Below, piece by piece: positions 10,606 to 21,071 of a DNA stretch of 64,000 nucleotides (position 1 is the first letter of the stretch; every line of letters starts with the position of its first letter). The stretch comes from a virus (lineage: Duplodnaviria; Caudoviricetes): IMG/VR virus record IMGVR_UViG_3300043010_000145, one strand, 5' to 3'. A program made the position numbers and the translations under genes. The notes beneath the pieces are model-generated. The model was not told the DNA's origin and did not search any database. It worked only from the letters and a program-made list of their open reading frames with translations.

Positions 10606-11052
10606 TTGGAAACAATCTACAGACAAGAAATGGTAGAAGAGATTTCAGAACAAACAGGGCAGCCGAAGAATACAGTTATAGACATTATTAAAGGCTATAC
10701 AAAGTATATTTATGAACAAACGGCTTCATTAAAACCTGTTAAATTTTTACATCTCTTTTATCTAGACATTAAACATGAAAATGAGAATACAGACCGAGAT
10801 ACATTGGCTTATGTATGTACGGAACTTGCAAAAGGAAAAGTCTACACAGGACATACCGTTCGCACAGTACTTGAATCTTATGAAGAATGTATTCTTGACG
10901 CTCTGGCAGATGGCGATGCAATCAGTATTTATGGAATTGCAAGGGTATCTGTCAATCCAAATCTTCGTATTCGTAAGACAGGCAGATTAGCGAATACAGG
11001 ATATCGTGTAAAAGCCACAAAACATTTTCGAGAGGAGGCTAACTCTTTATGA
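10606..11052 (+). CDS. HU/IHF-like DNA-binding protein (divergent, possibly two HU-like units)
   Basis: 'EMVEEISEQTGQPKNTVIDII' and 'ILDALADGDAISIYGIARVSV' resemble the HU helices and beta-arm. AAGGAG RBS. Confidence 0.6.
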   Translation: METIYRQEMVEEISEQTGQPKNTVIDIIKGYTKYIYEQTASLKPVKFLHLFYLDIKHENENTDRDTLAYVCTELAKGKVYTGHTVRTVLESYEECILDALADGDAISIYGIARVSVNPNLRIRKTGRLANTGYRVKATKHFREEANSL

Positions 11053-11675
11053 CAGGAAAGACACACCGTATAGGTGGTGTAGTTGCCTGCCTAAGCGGGT
11101 ATCTGATTCTTGAAAAAAACGGCATGCTGCTAGGTGACGTGAATCCTATATTACAGTTAGCAGTTATGTATCCATTTGCCATGTATGGCAGTACGGTTTC
11201 TGACTTAGACCACCATTGGCAGTCAGCACCTTCAAAGGATGTAGTGAGTTTTGTAATCAATAAACTCCTTCATATTAATCCTAATTCAAAGAACAGTTTT
11301 TTAAATGCTAAGCATCGTTCTTGGCAAACACACTCTGATTTATTCTTAGCTTTAATGATAGTGATTGGTGTGCTGTTGTTTACCGCAACAGCAAATACCC
11401 CAGACCAAATCTTAATTAGACTTATATTCAGTGGTCTGATTTTAGGTATTATCAGCCATTTAGTATTAGATATGTTGACACCAGCGGGAATCTGGTCTTT
11501 AGCATTATTGCTGTTCTATCGCATTTTTAATATTAAGAAAAAGCCTTACAAGATTGATTTAGTTCCTGATACGAAATTCTTTGCAACAAATGGCCCGTGG
11601 GAACATTATGTGCAAGTTTTCCTTTGGTGGACTTCTATTATCTTGTTGGCAATAACAGTTTATACAATGATATAA
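11049..11675 (+). CDS. YdjM-like membrane metal-dependent hydrolase
   Basis: Motifs MTGKTH, DLDH, HRSWQTHS and SHLVLDMLT, plus TM segments. Confidence 0.85.
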   Translation: MTGKTHRIGGVVACLSGYLILEKNGMLLGDVNPILQLAVMYPFAMYGSTVSDLDHHWQSAPSKDVVSFVINKLLHINPNSKNSFLNAKHRSWQTHSDLFLALMIVIGVLLFTATANTPDQILIRLIFSGLILGIISHLVLDMLTPAGIWSLALLLFYRIFNIKKKPYKIDLVPDTKFFATNGPWEHYVQVFLWWTSIILLAITVYTMI

Positions 11676-11695
11676 GGAAAGGAAAAGTAAATTAA

Positions 11696-12631
11696 ATGAA
11701 ATTAAGACAATATTTTACGGCTGGTGCATTAGCCCTGGGTATGTCTTTTGGTACAATGGCTGCTCCTGTAACGGCTTTTGCAGATACAATCGTAGCTTAT
11801 GCAGATGATGATGTATATTCTGATGCAATGTCTACTGGTGAAGCTACATATAGCTCCTCTATGTATGCTAGTGCTGCAAATTGGGATACTGACTTAAAAT
11901 TATATGACACAGACGGCAATATTGTGAAGGCACGAGATTGCTTTGTAGAATACAGCAGCAGTGGCAATGTAAAAGGTTATATCCCGGGAAATAAATTTGA
12001 AAGTCTTACAACGACTTCTCAACAGGATTTATTGGATAGAGTACAAGCTTATGGCGTTGCTTATGCCCAAACAACAAATGAGAAATTTGATACAAGTACC
12101 GCAGTAGCTGATTGGTGGGACCGTGTTGTATCTACTAATGGTGTAGGAGCAAATTATGTTTCCAGCTTAACTCAAGGACTAAAAGCAGACTTAACAGCTG
12201 GCTATTCTGTATTTAAACCTTTACAAAGCATCATTAACACAATTCTTGGTGCTGGTGCAATTATTATCATTGCATTCTTGCTGGTATCTATTTTGATTGA
12301 CCTGTTCTATATCACACTTCCACCTGTACGTATGGCTATGGAAGGCAGTGGTAAGAATGGAAATGGTTCTCGTGGTGCTTCTTATTCACCTGGTCATAAC
12401 CACGGTGGTGGCGGAGCAAATGGTGGACCAAAATATGTATCTGCTGCCGCTCGTGAAGCAGTAAATGCTGAAGAATCTGGTGAAAATGGTTTAATGCTTT
12501 ATTTAAAGAAGAGCATTGTCAAGATTATTGTTCTTGCTTTGTGCTTAGTATTACTGATTTCCGGACAGATTTTCACATTTGTTGGATGGGTATTGAATCT
12601 CGTTGCCGATATGTTTGGCTTGAGTTTCTAG
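11696..12631 (+). CDS. Signal-peptide membrane protein, pilin-like paralogue 2
   Basis: Signal peptide, then TM-'DLFYITLPPVR'-Gly-rich loop-'YVSAAAREAV'-'YLKKS'-TM. Confidence 0.7.
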   Translation: MKLRQYFTAGALALGMSFGTMAAPVTAFADTIVAYADDDVYSDAMSTGEATYSSSMYASAANWDTDLKLYDTDGNIVKARDCFVEYSSSGNVKGYIPGNKFESLTTTSQQDLLDRVQAYGVAYAQTTNEKFDTSTAVADWWDRVVSTNGVGANYVSSLTQGLKADLTAGYSVFKPLQSIINTILGAGAIIIIAFLLVSILIDLFYITLPPVRMAMEGSGKNGNGSRGASYSPGHNHGGGGANGGPKYVSAAAREAVNAEESGENGLMLYLKKSIVKIIVLALCLVLLISGQIFTFVGWVLNLVADMFGLSF

Positions 12632-12725
12632 TCATTAGTACAGAAAAAACGGGGTTCCGAAAAGAATCCCGCTTTCTATTATATATTTAGTTATTTAATA
12701 TTTATTTAAGAAAGGAGATAATTTT

Positions 12726-13301
12726 ATGGGTTGGTCATATAATCCTTGGGCTGAAATTTCACATAACGATAAAGAAGCCAAAATAAAAGAAGTAGAAAGT
12801 TATTTTGATAAAAATATACATATCGTAAAATCTGCTATGATTGGAAGTACTTATTATGCAGCTGTGTATAATGAAGATAAACCAAATGAAGTATTTGCAG
12901 TTGAAGTTCTTACACGAAATAGTGCTAAGATGGGCTTTGGTACTAAAATAATGGATGAATTTGTTGGTCCTATACCAAGACAATGCCCCGCAAGTATTTT
13001 AAAACTTCTGACACCTTTGAATGAGATGTCCAATATATCTGAACAAGGCTTACAATGGGCACAAGAGTGGCGAAACGAGTGTGCTGAGTATAACAAAACA
13101 AAAAATAAGAAAAAAGACCTTCCAATCGGAACAATCATCGAATTTATAGATTGGGACGGTGAACCTTTGCAAGTTCGTAAGATGCCACCAGCATATCAAT
13201 TTAAAACAACTTGGTGGCAAGTAAAAGGCGGCACTAATTATGTGAAGAAAAAAGACATCCCAGATGAATTTACAATCATTTATATGCCTAGCACGAAATA
13301 A
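12726..13301 (+). CDS. Hypothetical protein, DUF6927-like
   Basis: 'GSTYYAAV...FGTKIMDEFVGP...CPASILKLLTP...AQEWRNEC' pattern typical of this mobile-element family. Confidence 0.65.
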   Translation: MGWSYNPWAEISHNDKEAKIKEVESYFDKNIHIVKSAMIGSTYYAAVYNEDKPNEVFAVEVLTRNSAKMGFGTKIMDEFVGPIPRQCPASILKLLTPLNEMSNISEQGLQWAQEWRNECAEYNKTKNKKKDLPIGTIIEFIDWDGEPLQVRKMPPAYQFKTTWWQVKGGTNYVKKKDIPDEFTIIYMPSTK

Positions 13302-13313
13302 TTAAGGTGATTT

Positions 13314-14729
13314 ATGCGAAAAATAGCAAAAGTTTTATTATCAATGAGCCTTACATTTGGCTCACTCTTTGCGGGTATTCTTCCCTCGATGGTATCTTCA
13401 CCTACGTTAACTGTGTTTGCTGCGGATACAACTGATAATTTTTATTTTTATTTATCTTCCGCAGACGTAAATACAGGTGTTGATAAAGTAACAACCTTTG
13501 TATCAAATGTAAACACAAATATATTCAAGGGAAATTCTGTTATAATCTGGGATACATCAAAGAAAGTATTAAATTTTAATAGAACCCTAGCAGTGAATAC
13601 AATGAAAGCAGATGCTTCTTCCACTGCAACTGATACAGGTCAAACTATGTTGACTAATTTGTTAAGTCAACTTACATCTTCTTATTTAACAGATAATGCA
13701 AAAACAGAATTAAAATCTTGGTTTTCTAACGTAATGAATTACAGTATTGCCACTGCATCTGTAACAACTGCTGTAAATGCAACAGCACCTGCACAGATTG
13801 CATGTTCGGGTACAATGACCAATGATGAAATGTCTGCACTTAATTTATCTGGTAAGGTTACTACAACTACCAATGATTCTAGTTCTGAAGCTAGTTCTAG
13901 TTCTAGCTCCACGTCCAGTGAGGATACAACAAGTACAAAAACAGTTGCAGGTCGGAAATCGACAGACCCTATTATACAATTAGGTGCTACGGCATATACA
14001 GAAGTTTCAGGTGTGATATCAAGTGCAAATACGTATATCACAGATGAGTTAGGTTCAGATGCTTCTCCAATTTTAGTTGGAGATGGCAGCAATGTTTCTT
14101 TTAGCGTATCAAATTATAAGAAGCTGTCTACTGCACAGAAGCAAGATTTTATGAAGAATACATTGTATTTGATTCGAAATTGTGGTGCATCTAGTCAGAC
14201 AATTTCTAAGTTTTATAATTGGGTAGCAGAGAGAGATAGCACGGCAGCAGCAGCCGTGAAAGTTCTCACGGAAGATTATGGCAGCGACTTTGATTCTGTG
14301 AACAATTGGATAGTTAGTAAAGGTTGGAATAAGGGCGTACAAAAACTATTAGGTGCGTTAACCTTACTTATTTTTATGGGACTAAGTATAAGTTTTGTTA
14401 CAGATTTGTTATATATCAATGTACCAACAATTCGTTTATTAATAGATGGTGCTGGTAAAGGTGTTGATTATGCAGCCGACCATACGAGACATGTTGGTGG
14501 TTTTCTAAAACATGCACATTGGTTAAGTAAAGAAGCAGTAGATGCAATACATGAAACGGAAGCCAACGGTGGCGAAACAAATTGGTGTTATTTAAAGAAG
14601 AAAGTTACTTCCATAACGATTATGAGTATTGTACTTGTTTTAATGATTACAGGTAATTTATATAAAGTAATTGGTTGGATAATTGATTACGTAACATATG
14701 TATTAAATATTTTCGGCTTTGGTATTTAG
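13314..14729 (+). CDS. Signal-peptide membrane protein, pilin-like paralogue 3
   Basis: Signal peptide and Ser/Thr-rich ectodomain, then TM-'DLLYINVPTIR'...'WLSKEAVDAI'-'YLKKK'-TM. Confidence 0.7.
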   Translation: MRKIAKVLLSMSLTFGSLFAGILPSMVSSPTLTVFAADTTDNFYFYLSSADVNTGVDKVTTFVSNVNTNIFKGNSVIIWDTSKKVLNFNRTLAVNTMKADASSTATDTGQTMLTNLLSQLTSSYLTDNAKTELKSWFSNVMNYSIATASVTTAVNATAPAQIACSGTMTNDEMSALNLSGKVTTTTNDSSSEASSSSSSTSSEDTTSTKTVAGRKSTDPIIQLGATAYTEVSGVISSANTYITDELGSDASPILVGDGSNVSFSVSNYKKLSTAQKQDFMKNTLYLIRNCGASSQTISKFYNWVAERDSTAAAAVKVLTEDYGSDFDSVNNWIVSKGWNKGVQKLLGALTLLIFMGLSISFVTDLLYINVPTIRLLIDGAGKGVDYAADHTRHVGGFLKHAHWLSKEAVDAIHETEANGGETNWCYLKKKVTSITIMSIVLVLMITGNLYKVIGWIIDYVTYVLNIFGFGI

Positions 14730-14763
14730 CCAAAGCCTTTTTTCGAAAGGAGGGTTGAGTTTT

Positions 14764-17700
14764 TTGTTTAAAAAACTTAGAAATAAAATAGCAGTAATTT
14801 CAGTAAGTTTAGGCTTGACCTTGGGTATGGTGATAACAAATATCTTACCCGCTGCTCCAATTACTGTTCTAGCAGATGATGATAGTTCATCTAGTTCAAG
14901 TTCTTCTAGTTCTTCTAGTTCATCTTCCAGTTCTTCAAGTAGTTCTTCAAGTTCTAGCAATTCCAATATGACAGATGCAGAGAAACGAGTATCTACATTT
15001 ATTAGTTTTGCAGCGGGACAAACTGAAGTGTCTGATTCAGATATTACATTGACTGATGAGGATTTGGAATTTATGGGTGTTTTCCTATCTAATTGGTATA
15101 TACCTTTTTGTACAGAGTTAGGTTCTGCTGCTTCAAAGAAGTCTGATGATGACGATGATAATAGTGATAGTACAAAAACATCCGACACAATTAACTTGGA
15201 TGATATGGTTCAAGCTTTGATGAAATATGGTAGTTGGGACGAGGATACAGCTACATATCTTGTAAAAGAAACTATTGGTACAGGTATGGCTAACGTGTCT
15301 GATTTAATTGTGTATGTGTCTGAAAACTATACACCAGAAGATTCTTCTAGTTGGACAAAAGTGGATTGCTTGTCTAATAACTATTATACATTCTTATGTG
15401 CTATGTTTGGCGGTTTAGGCGGTGGGGGTTCTGCAAATCTTTTATCTAAAACAATGCAGGCTTACTCTAATAACGGTACAGATAATGTTAAGACTAGCAC
15501 TGTTGGTTATAATACGTTTGGAACGGGTTTAGATACAGATACTATAAGTTTATTGGATAATATAGCTAATGGTAAATATGGGTATATGTATTATGTCGCA
15601 AAAAGCACAAATAAAGTTGTGTGGGATGCCTATATTGGTACAGATACATCAGAGAAAACAGCTTGCCAGCTTGTTTTTCAGGAGTTGTGGGATAGTGTTT
15701 CTTCGACAGCTAGTGTAGCGGCATATATGTGGGATTTTGATACTTCTGATATTTCAGATGCATCTAGTGTATCCAATTATCTATCCAATCTATATTCAAA
15801 GTATGCGGATGATAATACCATAACTAATCAAGATTTAGCAGATATGTCTATTTTTAGAACTCTTGTAAAGGTTGACTGTTTTGGGAATTTATATATGATA
15901 GGCGGGAATCATCAATATGTATTAGTTCCAGCTGCTTCTAATCCTTATAGGTGGACGGATTTATATAATAAAACAACAGGTGAAGATGTAATGTTGTTGT
16001 GTGGACAGCTTTTAGCCAGATATGAGTTAGGAAAGTTAGGTATAAGCGTAGGTACAGCTGGTGGTGATAGTACAAAAATAGACGTCAGTAAATCAAGTAA
16101 TTCTAACAGTTCAAGTAATTCTAACAGTTCAAGTAATTCTAACAGTTCAAGTAATTCCAGTTCCAATACTACGGAAAATACAAAAGATAGTAGTAGTAAA
16201 ACAGCTAATTCAACAGCAAATAATATTAAAAAAGCTTGTGTTCCAACTACTCTGAGCAATGGCCAAGAGATTGGTTGTGAAGAGAACGAAACTAAATTAT
16301 CAGTAACAAAAGGTGTTACAGAGGATGTTAAGGAAAATGTGGAATTAGATATTTTAGCAAATGCAAGTAATGAGTTGTTGAACACTATGTCTACACGAGA
16401 GAGTGTAATTTATTATGTAAATACAAACTCTGTTGTATTATCCTCGTGGAGTAGTGCAATTGGTTATGACTATTTTAAATCTTCTTCCGTAGATTCTGCT
16501 AAGGAGCTAGAATATAAAAAGACCATAGAGGCCTTGTTAAAAATAACTGCAAATGCTTCTGAGGGTTTAAATTTTGGTGTAAATAATATTTTAATAAATA
16601 CAAATAATGGTACATGGCAACTTGAAAATGCAGATGTGGCAAGTGCATTATCTTTTAATGTAGATTATTTAAAGCAGGCAATGAATGATTATGATGAGTG
16701 GGTTACCATAGCATCGGATAGTGCTAAGGCTGGTTATAGCTATTTAACAGAAAGTACAGATTTGTTTGGTAGTAATCGGTTTAAAGATATATGCACAAGT
16801 GTTGGTTCAGTAGATAAATTCTATGCCGCGTGGTTAAAGGATATATCCGGTTTGCAAGAAAATGTAAAAGCGAATATGTCTATAACTCTTACAGGGGAGA
16901 ATTCAAGTACTGATACAGAGAATAGTGAAAATAAAGCAGATTCAAGTTCTTCCAGTAAGGAAAGTACTACAAGTAATTCTAATGCTAATGAAGGTAATAC
17001 TACATATATAAATTGTAACTATTCTCTAACATCCAATGCAAAACAAAACGGTAATGCTAATGGCGATAAGGGTGAATATCGTACTTTACTCAGTGTAGTA
17101 CGAGGGGTTTCCACAACGGATTTAGGTGATAAAATATTTGAAAGCAGTGATTTACAAAAGTTACTTTTGTCAACTATGCAAGGGTATGCAGCTAGTTACG
17201 GCTATGTAGATATGTATACACCTATGGATACGACATGGGAGATAAAAAATGTTAAGGCAGTAGATTTCCCGTATAATACAACAACAAGTGGTTCTTATGT
17301 AATTAAAAATTTAAGTCTAAAAACTTTAACAAATTGCGTATTTATAGATACATTAGGAGAGTCTACAGCAAATGCAGACTATGATACATTTAATATAGCA
17401 TCTTATATTAAACCAAATAGTGGTACTGGTTCATATAATTCCGATTATAAAGGAGGAGAAAGTAGTTTTAAAACTACAGATTCTATCTGGGGTAGTAAAA
17501 TTGATGATAGTTGTATGAATAAGATAACTACGTATGCTTTTACATCAGAACTAGGCTCTATGCTATATTCTACTTATTTATTTGCAGCTTATGGTGTAGG
17601 TGTTGAGAAATTAGGCTATCAATTATCCGAAGGCAGATTTCCAAATATGTCCAATGCTGCTCTTGACCTAGATTCCCTTTCCGATGAAGATACCACATCA

Positions 17701-20700
17701 GACGAAATGAACGAAGCAATTCGCAACTGGATTTACTACTTACTCCACCCAACACAAGGTATCGACTACATGCGAATTTGGGCAACAAACAAAATCAATG
17801 GTGTTCTTTGTGGTTTCCACGATTCTATGCTTGGTACAACAGGAACAGGTAGTATTACAGGTGCAACTCGTTACAAAGGTTTCACAGGTTACACAACTTG
17901 CCCAGAATTAGGTGATACAGCTTTCACAAGCACACTCTATTCTGCCTACAACACGGGCATACCGATAATGATTCTATTTGTAATTATCATAATGCTACTA
18001 GCATGGTTTGCTTCTGACCTAGGCATGCAGAGGGTATTGATTAACATTGTGATTTTCAGTATTTGTATCTCTTTGCCACCAATAGTTATTAACGGAACAA
18101 TTGCTGTAACAAATAACATATCTTCTATGTTCTATACGGATAAATTTATGTACTGGGCTTTAATGCAACATCAAATCTATCTTGAAGGGATTACAGAAGC
18201 AGCAGATGACGAGAATTCTTCCTATGACGAATATCTCCGCACACTCTACGAGGAAAGTGCAGCATCTACAAATACAACAGGGTCTAACTCTATTACAGTT
18301 CGTTGGCAAGCTGTGAAGAAGCTTCAAAGTTTGCAATATTCAGAAAATGATTCTGACACAGTGAGCCAGTTAAAAGAAGCGTCTGCCAATAGTTCTATAC
18401 TAGATAGTTGGCTTACAACTTTGACTAATACGTATTCCGCACAGTCTTTTACAGATGATGCTTCTGATACGTATTTATATCGTAATTATATTGATATTGC
18501 TAATAACAGTAGAATTATCTATAAAGGGATTAACAGCAGCAGTTCTAAATTTTCGTCTTCTCTTACATCAAATATAGATTCCGCAGATAAGACAAACTGG
18601 ACTTCTGAGTATCGTTCCGCATGGTCTAACTATAAAGAAAATGATTCTAATTATGAGAATAAAGCTCTTTCTTCCGTATCGGGCGATGCAAAACTGTATC
18701 AGTTATTGGCCTCGTCTAGTAATATTGTCAATTCTGCTTTAAGTCAACTTAATGATTTATCTAATGATGCTGATTCTTTGTCCAAATACTATGGGATTTC
18801 AGACAAAGCATTCTGTTTCTCCTTAAAAGCATTTAATACAGGCAATTCTATTTCCGATACAGTGACTTCCACAGCTGAAACATTGGAAATTACAGATGAT
18901 AATTTTGATGAAACAGCTTATTCCGATGCAGAATACGCAGCATTGGCAGCATATGCACTGTATTCCGAAAACCCGTATTATTACTTCTCATGGTATTTGT
19001 ATTCCATAGGCCTTAGTACCGATTCTACTGCAACAAATGGTTACAAGAATTTATTGCTCGGTGATGACGGTTTCTTCAACAATACTTCCTCAGGCGATTT
19101 AAAAGATTTTATGGACTTAAAATCGCTATTCACATATGTCATACCATATTTAAAAATGTGCAATGACATTGTTATAGCCTGGGATGACACATACGGGGTA
19201 TTCTTCTATGACGGCGTTCCAACTGAGGCAGGCTATGAAAATGACCCAGATATTACATCTAGTGCAGAAATGCAGCAGAAATATTGGCACAATGTTTGTA
19301 CTCGCAGACTTTACAATATGTACTCCCCTTGGGTAGATTTGCTGTATGCTTGCGATTATGCACAGCCACAAACCATTAAAGTGCTCGGTGAATCCGTTAC
19401 TATAGAGAACCCACTTGACCCAGCTTCTTATCCAGAAAATCGTCCTATGATTTTCTCCGAAGCAGAAATGGCAGACTGGGGCTTGGATTCCTCGGATTTA
19501 ACAACAGTTGAACGAAACATCATCAAATTCAACAAGAAACTTCGTGAATCTTTCTACGAATTATTGAATTATGCAAATTTCAATGATGTTGTTTTGAATG
19601 CAGCCGCAGCGATGGAATCGGTATTTGCTTTTGACCAGTGTTTCTCACAAACAGGTTTCTTAAGCAATAGCATTACTTTGTATCCTACAAGTTTTGAAAT
19701 CAAGGATTTCTCCTACGATGCATATTTACGCTTTATTCTTGCCAACAACTCTGTTGACTCGATTACAGGCACAAGTGAATCGATGCAGAATGCAGATTAT
19801 GGCGATACACTGGAAGAAAAAGGATTCTACCAGCGAATTGTAGCCAAATCAAGCATTATGACTTCTATTCTTCTTGTTATCAATGCAGTAATTGCTCAAT
19901 ACCTATTGCCAATCTTGAAGTGGTTGTTTATTATTGGGGTGTTCCTGTTGAGTGGAATTGAGATACTTTACGGGGTATTCCAATTAGCAGGAAAGCGAAG
20001 TTACTTACGAGATGTCTTTAAAAAGTTATTCTTGCCATGGTTAGGCTTCATGTTGCTCATGTTAGCATTATCCGCCATGATTTCCATGCTTATGGGTTCA
20101 GGTGCAAGCGGTGTAACAGGTGGAAGCAGTTGGTCAATCGTTTTAGGTTCACCAGAAATGACACTGACCTTATTGCTTATCATCAATGTAGTCGTAATTC
20201 TCGTACTCTTGAAGTTATTCTTAATGGTATTAACAAATATTCGTTCAGATGGAAGAGCAGTTGCTGCCAAAATCTGGGGTACTGTTGTGGCTGGTGCTTC
20301 TGCAATTACAGACAAACTTTCTCATAGTATGTCCAAGGCATCTTCCAATGCAGCTGGTTCTGGTGGTGGCGGAGAATCTACTACGAACAACTCTGTTGCT
20401 ACAACGAATAACAATACAACTGTTAATAATGTATCTGGTAGCAATCAGAGACAAGGACAAGTTGTTGTTGTTCAAGGTAAGAATGGTATGACACAACAAG
20501 AGGAAGATGAGAAAGCTACGCTCAGAACTCCACAAATGATGACTCCTGAACAATTGGCAGATTATTCAGGAACAACACAAGAAATTGATGCAGCCATTAA
20601 AGATGGTGAAAAGAACCAAAGAAATGGTAATTATTCAAGTGGTTCTTATAACAATAATTCTTATGGTTATTCTAATAATTCTTATGGTTATTCTAATAAT

Positions 20701-20937
20701 TCTTATGGTTATTCTAATAATTCTTATAGTAGCAATTCTTACAGTAACAATTCTTACAGTTCCTATAGTAATACTGCAAGCAACGCATCTAATAGCGTTA
20801 GCAATACGGTTAGTAATGTTGCTGAAAGAGCTGGAGAAGCAGCTCAACAAGCAGCTCAGGCAGCTACTGAAGCAGCTGAAACTGCTGCCGAGGCTGCAAG
20901 TGAAGTTGCTGATTCTGTTGGTTCGGGAAGCGTCTGA
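14764..20937 (+). CDS. Very large polytopic membrane protein with big extracellular domains (possible VirB6-like channel/adhesin)
   Basis: ORF track starts at 14719; TTG 14764 follows GGAGG. Signal peptide, poly-Ser, two TM clusters and a low-complexity C-tail. The function is inferred from context only. Confidence 0.6.
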   Translation: MFKKLRNKIAVISVSLGLTLGMVITNILPAAPITVLADDDSSSSSSSSSSSSSSSSSSSSSSSSSNSNMTDAEKRVSTFISFAAGQTEVSDSDITLTDEDLEFMGVFLSNWYIPFCTELGSAASKKSDDDDDNSDSTKTSDTINLDDMVQALMKYGSWDEDTATYLVKETIGTGMANVSDLIVYVSENYTPEDSSSWTKVDCLSNNYYTFLCAMFGGLGGGGSANLLSKTMQAYSNNGTDNVKTSTVGYNTFGTGLDTDTISLLDNIANGKYGYMYYVAKSTNKVVWDAYIGTDTSEKTACQLVFQELWDSVSSTASVAAYMWDFDTSDISDASSVSNYLSNLYSKYADDNTITNQDLADMSIFRTLVKVDCFGNLYMIGGNHQYVLVPAASNPYRWTDLYNKTTGEDVMLLCGQLLARYELGKLGISVGTAGGDSTKIDVSKSSNSNSSSNSNSSSNSNSSSNSSSNTTENTKDSSSKTANSTANNIKKACVPTTLSNGQEIGCEENETKLSVTKGVTEDVKENVELDILANASNELLNTMSTRESVIYYVNTNSVVLSSWSSAIGYDYFKSSSVDSAKELEYKKTIEALLKITANASEGLNFGVNNILINTNNGTWQLENADVASALSFNVDYLKQAMNDYDEWVTIASDSAKAGYSYLTESTDLFGSNRFKDICTSVGSVDKFYAAWLKDISGLQENVKANMSITLTGENSSTDTENSENKADSSSSSKESTTSNSNANEGNTTYINCNYSLTSNAKQNGNANGDKGEYRTLLSVVRGVSTTDLGDKIFESSDLQKLLLSTMQGYAASYGYVDMYTPMDTTWEIKNVKAVDFPYNTTTSGSYVIKNLSLKTLTNCVFIDTLGESTANADYDTFNIASYIKPNSGTGSYNSDYKGGESSFKTTDSIWGSKIDDSCMNKITTYAFTSELGSMLYSTYLFAAYGVGVEKLGYQLSEGRFPNMSNAALDLDSLSDEDTTSDEMNEAIRNWIYYLLHPTQGIDYMRIWATNKINGVLCGFHDSMLGTTGTGSITGATRYKGFTGYTTCPELGDTAFTSTLYSAYNTGIPIMILFVIIIMLLAWFASDLGMQRVLINIVIFSICISLPPIVINGTIAVTNNISSMFYTDKFMYWALMQHQIYLEGITEAADDENSSYDEYLRTLYEESAASTNTTGSNSITVRWQAVKKLQSLQYSENDSDTVSQLKEASANSSILDSWLTTLTNTYSAQSFTDDASDTYLYRNYIDIANNSRIIYKGINSSSSKFSSSLTSNIDSADKTNWTSEYRSAWSNYKENDSNYENKALSSVSGDAKLYQLLASSSNIVNSALSQLNDLSNDADSLSKYYGISDKAFCFSLKAFNTGNSISDTVTSTAETLEITDDNFDETAYSDAEYAALAAYALYSENPYYYFSWYLYSIGLSTDSTATNGYKNLLLGDDGFFNNTSSGDLKDFMDLKSLFTYVIPYLKMCNDIVIAWDDTYGVFFYDGVPTEAGYENDPDITSSAEMQQKYWHNVCTRRLYNMYSPWVDLLYACDYAQPQTIKVLGESVTIENPLDPASYPENRPMIFSEAEMADWGLDSSDLTTVERNIIKFNKKLRESFYELLNYANFNDVVLNAAAAMESVFAFDQCFSQTGFLSNSITLYPTSFEIKDFSYDAYLRFILANNSVDSITGTSESMQNADYGDTLEEKGFYQRIVAKSSIMTSILLVINAVIAQYLLPILKWLFIIGVFLLSGIEILYGVFQLAGKRSYLRDVFKKLFLPWLGFMLLMLALSAMISMLMGSGASGVTGGSSWSIVLGSPEMTLTLLLIINVVVILVLLKLFLMVLTNIRSDGRAVAAKIWGTVVAGASAITDKLSHSMSKASSNAAGSGGGGESTTNNSVATTNNNTTVNNVSGSNQRQGQVVVVQGKNGMTQQEEDEKATLRTPQMMTPEQLADYSGTTQEIDAAIKDGEKNQRNGNYSSGSYNNNSYGYSNNSYGYSNNSYGYSNNSYSSNSYSNNSYSSYSNTASNASNSVSNTVSNVAERAGEAAQQAAQAATEAAETAAEAASEVADSVGSGSV
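16093..16157 (+). repeat. 18-bp coding tandem repeat (SSNSNS) x3.5
   Basis: TCAAGTAATTCTAACAGT at 16093, 16111 and 16129, with a partial copy at 16147. Confidence 0.9.
20653..20727 (+). repeat. 21-bp coding tandem repeat (NNSYGYS) x3.5
   Basis: AATAATTCTTATGGTTATTCT at 20653, 20674 and 20695, with a partial copy at 20716. Confidence 0.9.
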
Positions 20938-21071
20938 TAAGAGTTTCCGTATTTTAGAAAAGTCAAAGACCAAACCTAGCCTTTGGCTTTTCTTTTTTCT
21001 TTATTATCCTTTCTTCAATACAAACACTTATATTTGTTGTATAAGTAAAATATTGAGGAGAAACGATAAAT

